Positions 10,091 through 22,422 of a stretch of DNA of 64,000 bases are shown here, piece after piece (position 1 is the first letter of the stretch; each line of letters opens with the position of its first letter). A program made the position numbers and the translations under genes. The notes below the pieces were generated by a model that worked only from the letters and a program-made list of their open reading frames with translations, made no database searches and was not told the DNA's origin. Origin of the DNA: Somniosus microcephalus (taxonomy: Eukaryota); assembly GCA_052327205.1 (NCBI GenBank), contig CM126203.1, forward strand, positions 195,238,001-195,302,000, given 5' to 3'.

Positions 10091-12375
10091 CTGGGAAGTT
10101 TCCCCCCCCCCCTCCCCCAGAAGAATAGCTGTAAGCTCATATAACCGTTTTCTTTTGTGTAATCTAATTGGACAATGGCAATTGTTCTCAATACAGTATT
10201 CTCTTATATTATGTGAGATCAAATGTTGAAATTTTTGTCCCAAAGGTTTGCTTTTCTGCACCAAGGTTTGAATCATGATTGAATAGATGGTTTTTATGCT
10301 GAAGACAAAATAAGCTTTATTCTCTCTCTGCAAAAATTGTTGCAACTTTCTTTAATAAGAAAATAACAAACAACTTACTGTCCTTTTAGATATTACCACT
10401 TTCTCAACCACTGGTAAAATAAACTCCTCCCAGCAAAATGCAAGTAAGCAATCCTGAGAAGCCAACACTCTTATCTCCAATTATACTGTACAGAATACCA
10501 GTACATTTTGTAGAGACTATTGAACAATTCTAGACAACGTGCAAAACAACAAAGAGTTTGAGTCGGAAAAGAGATTGGCAGGGCAAGTGACAATGCACTT
10601 AATATCTTGTCCAGCCTTCGATGCTTGAGATAAGCAAATTGGCTATTTTATTTTCTATAGCATTTAGTGTCAAACATGTTAAATTTATGGATTTTTATCC
10701 TGTAGGCCATCTTTTATTCCCTATGATCTGGTGTGCCTTTATTTACCTAATAGGTAATTTGTAGTGCGTCTTAGGATCAAACATAAAATCCTCTTCCTTG
10801 TTTTGTGGCTTGATTGGTTATATCATCAACCCTCATGTGATCTTCTTCAAATTTAGCAGGCAGTAAACATTCCACTAGACTATAGCTTCAGCTGAACATA
10901 TGCTGAACATATTTAATAAACAGAAAATGGATAAAGGGTCAGGAGCAATGGCACACTATCAATTTACAGTAGTTACAAACTTAACTATCCTCTTAAGAAG
11001 ATAGAATTTTTTTTTTTAAATAGACTTATCCGCTATGCTAAACTGCAAAGTAAGCTGGACTAGACACAATGGATCAAATATCCATGATCTCACTGAGTTG
11101 TGAGCCTGAATCTCATGGAATTCCTGGAGTTATGCCATTTGCATAAAACAGGCAGGCATCCATGCCAGTTTTGGTGCATCTTGGGCACTCTCTGGAAGGG
11201 AGAAGGAAAGTATAATGTTTGCTATTTGCATATAGACAAAACCAGCAGGACCTCTGGTGACATTTGAAATAGGGCCCTTTTTATAAGAGAGTTGATTTCG
11301 CTCAGGGAACCCTTTATCTTCTGGAGTGTTTGAGGCCATAAACCTAGCCTGGAACACTCCTGTGAACTGAATTATGCTGTTGCTCTCAACTGCATGCCAG
11401 TATCTTGCCAGCATCTTGTTCATTTGGGGCAGAGGAGGTTAGAGTTGCTGGAATTCTTGAGGGTGATGCCACGCTGCCAAGCTTACTTCCTTTTCAAACA
11501 CCACGCTTTGAGGGAATTGATGAAAGTACTTCTGGAATAGGGCCAACATCAATGGAATGCGACAGGATCTAGCCAAGGTAAAATGGAGCCAAAGACTGAC
11601 AGGAAAAACTGTAACGGAACAATGGGTGATCTTTGAGGAGGAGATGTTCCAAGTACAGGCTAGGTACATTCCAACAAGAGGGAAGGGTAAGGGAACCAAA
11701 GCAAAGGCTCGTTGGATGACGAGGGAAATAGAGAAGATTATGAAACAAAAAAAGAGGGTGTATGATGTGTAGCGGTTTTGATCCTAGCCCAATTGCTAGA
11801 TGGACAGTTTGAATTGCCCCCGCCTTACGAAAGTTCTATACCCGGGAATTATTATTCAGAGTGTAAATGGAATAAGTCACGGACAGGAATGCTTCGGTGA
11901 AAAATCAGACTTTTATTTATTTGGTCTAACATACGCTGGCTAAAACATGCACTACTAAACAAAATCACTGTCTCTGTGGAGAATAAGATCCAGGTTACAA
12001 ACAACATACATACAGTACACAACTCGGGACTGTAACAAGCAGTAATTCCCTTGTTGCTATGGTGGACTCTAACTCCACCCCTATCAACGAATTACCCAGT
12101 CACATAAGCCCCTTCACCTGGCTGAACCAAACGAAGCTTCCACCCCGGAATAGCCCAAAAACTTCACTTCTGAGGAAAAACTCTTGAGTCCTTACAGCTC
12201 ACCCAGCTTGCCTGGGATATCGGGTTACCAGCTTGGGACACTCGAGACCATGCTTACCACCACACACAGTCGGTCTCGATTGCTCCGCTCAGCGGCTTCT
12301 TCTGATACTTCTTGTTAGGTCAATCTTAGTGGAGCGGGAGCGAGACAGAGAAAGAATGGTGGGAAAGGATCTATC

Positions 12376-12412
12376 TTTATAGGAGTCTGTCTACCCCTGT
12401 CTTTCCCGCCAA
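12376..12412 (-). promoter_or_regulatory. LTR core promoter: TATA box with adjacent E2F-like site
   Basis: TATAAA (minus) at 12376-12381; TTTCCCGCCAA at 12402-12412, overlapping a CCAAT. Confidence 0.6.
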
Positions 12413-12432
12413 TCTTTAAAATCTTTTTGTTT

Positions 12433-12903
12433 CTAAGCACTCCAGTGCTTAATCAGTGATGGGCCATCATCGGACCCATGAGTATTCCATGATTGGACTA
12501 ATGGCCCTAAGTCTGGGACATATCTTCGGTCTTTGTGTTGGGAAAAACTGGCTCCTCTTCGGATGGCTGAGGCTAGTGGGTTCATTGTTCTGCTTCTCTT
12601 CTGAGATTGAGGTGAGAAGTGCTTTTGCATATTAGAGTGGCTTTCTAATAGGTTCAAGTTCAATGGGTGCCTCAGGGTCCTCAGCCCCTTCGTCAATGGC
12701 CCCCTTCCTTTTTCCAGGACTGTCGGGCGAACCCATACATACTGGATGACTGACAGTTCTTTTGGTACAGCCAACTGCCATGCGTTCTCTGGAGTTTTAA
12801 CAAACCAGTCACCCACGCATCTGCACAGGGTGATCCCACCACAGGGAAAATACCCACAGAAAAGTCGCATAAAGTCCACAAAAATATTCACGACTGAGTC
12901 CAT
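12433..12903 (-). CDS. Hypothetical 156-aa ORF within LTR U3 (possible retroviral accessory protein)
   Basis: ATG 30 nt inside the LTR 5' end in strong Kozak context (AGAATGG), same strand as the promoter, stop ~50 nt before the TATA box. No recognised domain. Confidence 0.35.
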   Translation of the reverse strand: MDSVVNIFVDFMRLFCGYFPCGGITLCRCVGDWFVKTPENAWQLAVPKELSVIQYVWVRPTVLEKGRGPLTKGLRTLRHPLNLNLLESHSNMQKHFSPQSQKRSRTMNPLASAIRRGASFSQHKDRRYVPDLGPLVQSWNTHGSDDGPSLIKHWSA

Positions 12904-13864
12904 TCTTCAAACAGAGACCTTGTGATCTCTTCAGATGCATGTCAGGTGAATTCTTCAAGGGAGAACCAGACGAAATACAATAAGTTGAGAGGGCAAGTGA
13001 AGATGAAAATAAGATTGGCAAAGAGAGCATATGAGAGTAGAATGGCGGTTAACCTAAAAGGGAACCCAAAATCTTCTACCAGCATGTAAACAGTAAGCGG
13101 GTAGTAAGAGGCGGGGTGGGGTCTATAGGGACAAAAAAGGTGATATATGCTTAGAGGCGTAGGGCAAGGCCAGAATACTCAATGAGTCCTTTGTATCGGT
13201 GTTTAGTAAGGAGGTGGATGCTGACAAAATATCGGTAGAAGTGGAAAAGGTAGAAGCAATGGAAGGTGTGAAAATTGATAGACAGGATGTACTAGAAAAG
13301 CTGGGTATGCTTACAGTGGATAAGTCCTTGGCTTAAGGACAGAAAACAGTGAGTTGTGGTAAATGGCTGTTTTTCAGACTGGATGATGGTAGACAGTGGT
13401 GTTTCCCAAGGGTCAGTGCTGGGGCCACTGCTTTTTTTTGATATATATAAATGACCTGGATATTGGAATACAGAGTAAAATTTCTAAATTTGTCGGTAAC
13501 ACCAAACTTGGGAGCGTGGCAAACAGTGAGGATGATACCAATCGACTGCAACAGGACATAGAAATGCTAGCAGAATGGGCAGACAAGTGACCGATGGAAT
13601 TTAATACAGAGAAGTGTGAGGTGATGCATTTTGGTAGAAGGAACAGGGAGAGGCAATATACACTTAATGGCACAGTTTTAAAGAGGACAGAGGGACCTGG
13701 GAGTTGAGGTGCATAGGTCCCTGAAGGTGGCGGGACATATTGAGAGAGTGGTTAGCAAAGCATATGGGATCTTGGGCTTCATAAAAAGAGGTATTGAGTA
13801 CAAAAGTAGAAAAGTTATGCTGAACCTTTATAAAACTCTGGTTAGGCCACAACTGGAATATTGT

Positions 13865-14020
13865 AATAACAACAGAAAATGCTGGAAAAACTCAGCAGGC
13901 CAGGCAATATCCGTGGAGAGAAATTAGAGTCAACGTTTCGGGCCAAAACCCTTTATCAAGACTAAAGAGGCACAGGGAATGAAATAGATTAAGAGGCCGG
14001 GCTGGGAGAGAACAAAAGAG
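13865..14020 (-). mobile_element. Penelope-like element terminal (pLTR) fragment with a degenerate minimal hammerhead ribozyme
   Basis: 13-bp TSD ACTGGAATATTGT (13852-13864, 14021-14033). Minus strand GTCTTGATAAAGGGTTTTGGCCCGAAACGTTGAC...CCTGCTGAGTTTTTCCAGCATTTTCTG. Confidence 0.75.
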
Positions 14021-14543
14021 ACTGGAATATTGTGTCCAGTTCTGGTCACCACACATTAGGAAGGATGTGAAGGCACTTGAGAGGGTGCAGAGGAGATTTA
14101 CCAGAATGGTTCCGGGGATGGGGGATCTTAGCTATAAGGACAAGTTGGAGCAGCTGGATTTGTTTTCATGAGAACAAAGGAGGTTGAGGGGTGATTCGAT
14201 AGATGTGTACAAGATTATGATGGGTTTGGATGGGCTGGATGGGGCAAGGCTGTTCATGCTAGTTGATGGTACAAGGACTAGGGGACACCGATTTAAGGTT
14301 ATGGGCAAGAGATACAGGGGGGATGTGAGGAGAAAAAATTACGCTACGAGTGGTGAGGACCTGGAAGTGGTGGAAGCGGAGACACTCTGTTTTCAAGGGG
14401 AGACTGGGTAGGCAATTGAGGGAAATAAACTTGCAGGGATACAGGGATAGAGCGGGGGAATGGGACTGACTGGATTGCTCTACAGAGAACCGGCACGGAC
14501 TCAATTGGCCGAATGGCCTCCTTCTTTGCTGTTATGACTCTAT

Positions 14544-15400
14544 GGGCCGCATTTTACCTGCCGAGATGAGTTGGGGGCGGGACTGCTGTCTTCCGGGGTC
14601 TAGTCCCGCCCCCAGCGACGTCCGATGCACAGACGCTATTTTCCCTTGATTGGCTTTGTTAAGCCTGCCCTGCAGGCTTGCCGGCCAATTAAGGGAAAAC
14701 CGGTGTCAGATGACATCAGTTGATGATGCTTCATCTGCCGGTTTTCTTAAATGGACATGTAGCATTTATTTTTGACAGATGATTTGTCAGTGTTTGACAG
14801 CATTGAAGTGCTGTCAGACACTGACACATCACTGTACAAAGGTGAGCCCTTGCACCCAGGCTCTCCAATAACTCTCTCCTTAGGATAAAACAGATGGCAG
14901 CTGCAGGTGAGGTAACAGAAGCGATCTGTCACTTCTCCCAATGAGTTGAGGCCACACAAATACTTCAAAACTTGTCACCTACAGAAAAATCTAAACACAT
15001 TAAAAATGACTTTCCCAACATCTTCTTACCTCCTGATACTCACCAGTGTCCCATTGGATCCTTCACACCACTTCTGCAGCTGTCATCTTTATACAAACAT
15101 TACAGCACGCCTCAGTTACCCTGGCGGGATCCCCCGATGTCGGGAAGCCTGCAGCAGAAGTCTCAAAATGGGAAAAGACTCTTAACTGCCTGTTAACACG
15201 TAATTAACAGATAGTTAAGTGGCTATAATCCTCTTCTCGCCACTAGGAGTCGGGTCCCTGCACAAATCGGGGACCCGACTCCTGGGAAGATTGTTTGGAG
15301 GCAGGTTGGGAGCGGGTTTGGGACCCGCTCCCATTCTTTTTGATTTTGCCAGCAGTCCCGCCTCCAAACCCGCCTCCTCAGTGCTGGTAAAATCCAGCCC
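14544..15400. mobile_element. Harbinger-type non-autonomous element (MITE family A)
   Basis: TIRs GGGCCGCATTTTACC / GGTAAAATCCAGCCC, 3-bp TSD TAT, inserted in the CR1 (ATGACTCT)n tail, subterminal GGCGGG hairpin. Confidence 0.85.
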
Positions 15401-16459
15401 TATGACTCTATGTCTTCCTGCCTCTGGTCCCATGTCTCACAGCCTGTTCTTTGGAGCAGAGACCTGTGATACTAGGCCCCACCAGTATGTCTTCTCTTCC
15501 CACAACTACTCCTCGGATATGCTGCTTCGAGAAAATTCAAGGCCAAAATCCCTGACTATCAACCTTTTGTTGCTGACCATGCACAGGGTGTCTCTTAGCC
15601 TATCAATCTCTCTCTGATTGTTTCACAGGGACTACCCAATTTAAACAATATATGCTGAGAAATACTTTAAAAAAAATTACTGCGGGCAAAGGAAATTTAA
15701 ATCTGTTTGTTAAGCTCAAAAAGGACTGCCAATCAAATGTATATATAAACAAAACCCATAAGATGTTTATATTTAATTGAATGGCCCACCCCACCCTCAA
15801 ATACCTGACCAAACAAATCGTCTATTCTGGGGTTATTTTGTATCAAAACAAGCTGGACCATTTTCTGGTGTGAACCTGTTTTTTTTAAGCTCCTATGTTC
15901 AGTAACAGGGAAAAACAACACATGTTGCAACACAGAAAATAATGCTTCATTTTTGTCACACAGCCCCATTCTATTGCGTTAATTGTTCTCCCCCTGAAGT
16001 CTCATCAGATTTATTTTTTTCATGTTCAGCAGCATTTCATGGACCTTCAACCGTAGCGCAAAATGCATCTGCTTTTGGTTCTTCAATCTCAGGTGAATAA
16101 CTTGCCTTGTGACCAACAGTTCAGAAATGAACATCTTTGAGAATCAGCCAGGGATTTAGGATTTGTGTGAAATAAATTAGCATTGTCATTCTATTTTATG
16201 GACTCAAAAACATTGACCCTCTCGGGCACTCTAATAGAGATTCTCCTTGCTCTACCCCCAGCATAGCTCAAATCAGGTAATGCTCAATGTAGTCAGTATA
16301 GGTAATGTAAAAGGAAATAACGATCTTGTTTATAGAGCCCATGGTATGTGCTTTAAAGATAGGAAGCAAAATGAGGTATTATCTTTTGAAATAATCTATA
16401 GGAGTCACTGGAGCTTTTCATTTTCGTTTTATTTGCGATTCGTAATTGAGAATTGAACT

Positions 16460-16504
16460 GAATTCATCTTGAGTGAAAGGAATTCATCTTGAGTGAAAGG
16501 AATT
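16460..16504. repeat. Perfect 20-bp tandem duplication
   Basis: GAATTCATCTTGAGTGAAAG x2 plus GAATT. Confidence 0.9.
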
Positions 16505-18363
16505 GCTTGGGAATAAATATTGTAGATCAGTTGCCATGTAAATATTCATCAGTTTTATGTTTAAAATGTACCAATTGGTAGGGAAAATAGTATTGTTTAT
16601 TAAAAAACGCATTTTCTAATAATAAATACATGAGCATTGTATATTTCTTAATGTTTCAAGCACAGTTATACTTAGCTAGCAAGAGATGTTTGTAGCTGAT
16701 GTTGATGTTGTTGATTAAGTCAATTCTGTGATTTGTACTGCAGGATCAGTTCTGTCCTTAGTCCCAAGCTATTTGCAGTCACTGAGGCTCTGTTCAGAAG
16801 GCCACATATTAGACAGCAAGCTCTTTTACAGAGGTTTCCCCTCATGGTCCATTTATTTAATCTATTGTTTTGTGTTACTGAACAATTTAAAGCATGAAAT
16901 TAACGTTTCTAACTGAAAGACATTAAGTGGGACCCAAGGCAGTGATTAGCTTAAGCTATATTTTAATGCATTCATTCATTGATTATTCTTTCTAAAGTCT
17001 ACTTGTTGCTTTTGTGTTCAAGGTGAATAAAGGGCAGCTCAGTCCCACAGAATGAGGGTGTGCCTTTGTACATTGAAAGCGAGATGTGTATCAAACTACA
17101 TAGTCATCTTGACATGTTAGTATTTCAGAAGAGAATCAATTGTTTTGCCTTAAGTTCTTTTTGAAACGTAAAGTTCTTGGGACAGCCATAAGCAATTTCA
17201 TTGGATGTGTGTGTATTTAAGTTTAAAAAAAAACTTTTACATAGGAGTAAATGAAAGTCAATGAATTTAGATAATGACACAATTAGTAAAGCATATTAAC
17301 TCAAACTAATTATACTTGAGATTACCATGAATATTATATTGACTCTGAAACATTAAGAATATGACATTTAATGTTTATACAATTAGGCAGCAGTTCAGTG
17401 TCCACAGAAACAATTTTTCAATTTAGAACAAATCTCATTGCTTTATTTTCTGTCTTTCGCCCTACATCTGCTTGAAATATGTCAGGAAACATTTTGAAAC
17501 CTTTTTTTCAGAAGGTACAGTTGAATTTGCAGAATGAGTCATTGGTCAAAAACTAATTTTTTCATCAGTACCATTATTGCCAACGTGACTTGATGAGCAC
17601 AATTAAATGATTGCAGTTTAAGGGTGAAACAGATTTACATGCTGTACTTTTAGTTACTTTAAATGTTAAGCGGCGTAGTTAATTTAAATTTCCAAAGCAG
17701 TCTATAACAAACTCATCCAAGCATATTTTATTCTCATCAACTCCTGATGCTTGCTGACAGGAGAATGTAAATGAAACTCATTTTTGCTAAACTAGTCTTG
17801 TACAATCTTCCATGAAAGTCAAAACAAGTTAAAATATGTGGAAGGAAGTGAAAACCAACAAAGAAAATACAAAATTAAGAGTTGATTTCATGGTGGATTT
17901 TTCTGCCGGCCTTTTTTCCTCCGCTTTTCCTTATGATGTCAGCTCCGTGCTGGGGGTTTCACTCACCCTACAGTACCATGTTGAACTGACTGTTCTTCAT
18001 GTATGGGACAGTCAGTGTTGGCAAACTATGCATCCAATGGAGTATCAAAGATCAGCCTGATCCTTTTCTTGCCTCACATCCATGTAACATTTGCATATTG
18101 ATTTATCATTGGCCCGCAGGCATCTGTAAGGAATACCTATTATATTCACATGTGATCACATGCTGAGTTGTCATTGGCCTGCAGGCACCTGGTAAGGACT
18201 GCTAATGTTTAGAAGACCCGAGGGTCCTGACTCCATCTTGTCCACACGGTGCTGTACTGTTGTGAGTCAGATCACAGACCTGATGCTTCATTAAAAGAGT
18301 TTAAACTGTAATACTCCGTTGTCCTGCAATTTATTATTTTATACAAAGTGTGCAAAACAAGAC

Positions 18364-19210
18364 ATGGTGTCAGAACAGGGATTTGAGGTGGACATCATTG
18401 GAGCTCCCTTATCCCGAATGAATTGGGAATCTTTGAACTTACCTAGAGAATGGAGCAAGTTCAAGCAACATGTGGAGTTGATGTTTTCAGGTCCACTGAA
18501 AAGCAAAGGGGAGGAAGAAAGATGAAGTTACCTACTCTTGTGGATCGGAGAAAAAGGGAGAGACATTTTTAACACGGTCTCTCACTGCAGATGAAGCAAA
18601 GGTACTGAAAAGTTATTTTGACCGTTTTGAAGCATATGTGATGCCCAAGACAAATACGATATTCACTAGGTACAAGTTTCAGGAGAAAGTACAAGGAGCT
18701 CGTGAGTCGTTCGAACAGTTCGTGACTGAGTTAAAACTGCTGGTAAAAGACTGTGCATATGCAGATAAAGATGAGATGGTCAGAGACCGCATCGTGTTTG
18801 GAATACATTCAGCTAAAGTGAGAGAGAAACTTTTGAATGTTGGGTCCGGGCTAATGCTGGACAAAGCTATGGACATAGCTAGATCGCACGAGATAGCCCA
18901 AGCACAGTTGAAAACCATATCCGGCGCCACGAACAGCTCGTATGAACAGACAGTGCACGCAGTTAATAGACACACACCAAAGAACACTGCCCAGAGAGCG
19001 TGTTTCAGAACAGAAAGAACAGCGAGAGTTCTAAAAATGGGCGACATAGACATAAAACGCTTCAAAAACTGTGGATATTGTGGAAACAACTGGCATGGAG
19101 AAAAGGAGCATTGCCCCGCCAAAGGAAGGCAATGTACTAAATGTGGTAAACGGAACCACTTTGCTAAAGTTTGCAAGACTGTTTTTGGAAAAACAGTACA
19201 CAGTGAGTGA
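18364..19210 (+). pseudogene. gag: Gypsy gag (stop and frameshift)
   Basis: RDRIVFGI...VREKLL and tandem zinc knuckles CGYCGNNWH...C and CTKCGKRNHFAKVC. Stop at 18523. Confidence 0.88.
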
Positions 19211-19249
19211 CAGCCAAATGCCAGATAGAGAGCCAAATGCAGAGGAACT

Positions 19250-21700
19250 GTTTATTGATTCTATGTCACAGAACAAACAGATTTCAGAGACTGAGCAAGC
19301 CTATGCCGATATTGAGATAGGAAAACAGGGCAAAGAGCTTAAGTTCAAACTAGACACTGGATCTCAGGTTAATGTAATTCTTCTGAGTGAGTATCACAGC
19401 TTGAAGGATGAGTGTGAGCTACAGCCCACCTCCCGCAGACTGACCGGCTATGGAGGTGAGCAGCTCATTGTAAAAGGCACATGCGTGATGAAATGCAAGT
19501 ACAAAGAAAGTGACATGATGTTGGATTTTTACATTATTGACACTCGAGCACCTCCAGTGCTAGGTCTAAAGGCATATTTAGACATGGACCTCGTCAAGCT
19601 AGTGCTATCATTGACAGCACCAGTTGATAAGCAGACAGTCATGGAGGAGTTTGCTGACGTTTTCAAAGGAATCGGACTATTCCCAGGTGAATGCACTATT
19701 CACCTTGACCCAGCAGCAACCCCTGTGGTTTGCCCACCGCGAAGGATACCCCTTGCTCTACTTAGTCGCCTGAAGGAGGAGCTGCAGAGCATGGAGAATA
19801 CAGAAATCATCGTCCGGGAAACAGAACCGACAGAGTGGGTCAACGCGTTAGTAGTGGTTGAGAAACCACGTACAGGCAAACTCGGAGTCTGTCTCGACCC
19901 CAGAGATTTGAACAAGGATATCAAACGCCCTCACTACCCTCTACCAATGCTAGATGACATCACACCCAAGCACGTTACTTCAGTGTAATGGACGCACGAT
20001 CAGGATACTGGACTATCAAGCTCACGGAAGCGTCATCTAAGCTAACAACGTTCAACACACCATTTGGACGCTACCGATTTCTGCGTTTACCATTTGGTCT
20101 TATCTCAGCTCGGGATGAATTCCAGTGGAAGATCGACGAAACCTATGAAGGCCTCAACGGAGTAGTCGCAATCGTAGACGACATCCTCATCTATGGCAGG
20201 AATAGAGAGGAACATGACAGGAACCTCCGTGCGATGCTACAAAGATCACGGGAGAAGGTATCCGGCTCAACCCCGAGAAAAGCATAATCGGATCCACCGA
20301 GATCAGTTATTTCGGGCATCGCCTCTCAACTGATGGCATTAAGCCAGATCCAGAGAAAATCTCCGCCATCAAGAATATGGAGCCGCCGAAGAACTGCGCA
20401 GAGCTAGAGACAGTACTAGGCATGATTAACTACTTAGCCAAGTTTGCCCCGAGCCCCTCAGGAAATCAACGCACCCATGCGTCAGTTGCTCAAACAATCC
20501 AATGAGTTCCTGTGGGACAAACAACATGACACAGCATTTCAGAAAATGAAAGACCTAATCACCAGAGAACCAGCACCAGTTCTTGCCTACTTCGACCCCA
20601 ACAAAGAGCTCCGACTACAAGTGGACGCATCAAAGTACGGGCTAGGCGCAGTATTCCTGCAAGAAGGAAAGCCCATCGGCTACGCTTCCAGATCTCTCTG
20701 AAATCAACTGTGCTCAAATCGAGAAAGAGCTGTATGCAATTCTGTTTGGATGTAAGCATTTCCACCAGTACGTCTATGGCCGACAAGTCATTGACTCGAG
20801 GGGCTTGTGGTCGGATTCCACAATCATGAGGAAACCACTAGCCGCAGCCCCACCAAGGCTATAGAGAATGATCCTTCAGCTACAGAAGTATGACTTCACA
20901 ATCATTCACCGTCCAGGCAAAGACATTCCTGTTGCAGACATGCTCTTCAGAAAGTCTCTTAGCTACCAGGGCAGCAGCCTCAGTGAAGGCATGGATGTGC
21001 AAGTGCACATGGTGTACAACAGCTTACCTGTGAGTGACTCAAAACTGAAGGAGATCCGAGCAGAAACAGAGAAAGATGCACAACTTGCACTGCTGAGCAA
21101 AGTCATACAGGAAGGATGGCCTGAGGAAAGGAGGAAATGCCCTCAGAGCATATCTGAATTCTGGAACCACAGAGATGAAATGTCATAAATCAACGGAATC
21201 GTCTTCAAAGGGGAGAAAATCATCATTCCTACCAGTCTCAGAGAAGAGATGTTGACAAAAATTCATGCTGGACATATGGGCATGGAAAAATGCAAACAAA
21301 GAGCACGTGACATTATGTTTTGGCCCGGAATGTGCAAACACATTGAGGACATTGTCGGAAAATGTTCCCTTTGTCTAGAACGCCGCCCATCAAATGTCAA
21401 AGAGCCCATGATACCTCACCGTATCCCAGACAGGCCCTGGCAGGTCACGCATGGAAAACGTGTACAGAGACAGCAACACCAAAAGAGATACTATGACAGG
21501 TCAGCTAGACTACTGCCGCTGCTGCACAATGGAGAATCCGTCAGAATCCAGGAGCATGACTACTGGAAGCCAGCAGTCGTCATCCAGCCAGCTGACACTG
21601 AGCGATCGTATCACGTCCGCACCCCAGAAGGACAGGTGTACCGTTGCAATCGCAGGCACCACCTGAACACCAAGGAACAACACCGTCATTCCGACAAGAG
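19250..21700 (+). pseudogene. pol: Gypsy pol (PR-RT-RNaseH-partial IN), multiply frameshifted
   Basis: PR LDTGSQ, RT IVDDILI, RH VDASKYGLGAV, IN zinc finger HAGHMGMEKC...C..C. The DDE core is missing after RPWQV (~21445). Confidence 0.92.
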
Positions 21701-22197
21701 GTCAAGCCTAGAGTTATCCTTGATTTGTGAACTGTCAAAGGGTGTAGGCGGATCGCTGCCTTAAAAAAATAACTCTACATCGTTATTGAAACGTTAAGAT
21801 GTTTTCAGTGCTAGTTAAATGCTGAGTTTACTTATATGTTGTTGCTACTGAGAACATTATGTAGAAGAAAGGTTCAAAAGTAATGCATAACATTTTTCTT
21901 TTAAAAGAAAGGGGATGTAACATTTGCATATTGATTTATCATTGGCCCGCAGGCATCTGTAAGGAATACCTATTATATTCACATGTGATCACATGCTGAG
22001 TTGTCATTGGCCTGCAGGCACCTGTAAGGACTGCTATTGTTTAGAAGACCCGAGGGTCCTGACTCCATCTTGTCCACACGGTGCTGTACTGTTGTGAGTC
22101 AGATCACAGACCTGATGCTTCATTAAAAGAGTTTAAACTGTAATACTCCGTTGTCCTGCAATTTATTATTTTTGTACAAAGTGTGCAAAACAAGACA

Positions 22198-22422
22198 ATC
22201 CACACACGTACCTTTTCTAGCAGGAACCCCTGGTAGTGACTAGGAAAGAGAATCCGGGCTGACTCTTCCCTCTCCAGCCCTGAGACACTGAGGCCAATTA
22301 CACCACTGCTATGGCTCCACCATCTGAGATCAGCTAACTCAGTACAGGCCAGGAATCAAATTTGGGGATCATATAGTCTTTATAGCTTAGCTACATGCGG
22401 CCTTTACAAACTAAGCCATTGA
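22198..22422 (-). mobile_element. Old tRNA-derived SINE, split by the Gypsy insertion (remainder probably ~18020-18082)
   Basis: The minus strand starts with A-box-like TGGCTTAGTTTGTAA and B-box-like TTTGATTCC, followed by GAGTTAGCTGATCTCAG...GGCCTCAGTG. Degenerate. Confidence 0.45.

Larger units (their letters stand above)
11768..12933 (-). mobile_element. Solo LTR (1166 bp) of an endogenous retrovirus-like element
   Basis: Minus strand TGAAGAG...CCGCTACA, 4-bp TSD GATG (11764-11767, 12934-12937), clean interruption of CR1 ORF2, TATAAA at 12376-12381 and AATAAA at 11912-11917 on the minus strand. Confidence 0.88.
11522..14543 (+). mobile_element. Decayed CR1 LINE hosting three nested insertions (solo LTR, Penelope fragment, MITE in tail)
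   Basis: ORF2 peptide ...KQKKRVYD resumes as ACQVNSSRENQTKYNKLRG after the LTR. RT pieces at 13330-14400. Internal deletion near 13328. (ATGACTCT)n tail. Confidence 0.85.
18083..22197 (+). mobile_element. Gypsy (Mag-like) LTR retrotransposon, both LTRs present, integrase core deleted
   Basis: 282-bp LTRs at 18083-18364 and 21916-22197 (TG...CA, 4 differences counted by eye), TSD ATCCA, PBS TGGTGTCAGAA (tRNA-Leu-like) at 18365, PPT AAAAGAAAGGGGA at 21903-21915. Confidence 0.96.

Noticed and set aside
10379-10453. Possible 75-nt minus-strand exon (DCLLAFCWEEFILPVVEKVVISKRT) with AG/GTAAG borders
   Set aside because: No recognisable protein, weak pyrimidine tract and no partner exons; could be chance.
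16460-16504. CRISPR-like repeat
   Set aside because: Two adjacent units with no spacers, in eukaryotic DNA.
18679-19236. 185-aa antisense ORF
   Set aside because: Shadow frame of Gypsy gag.
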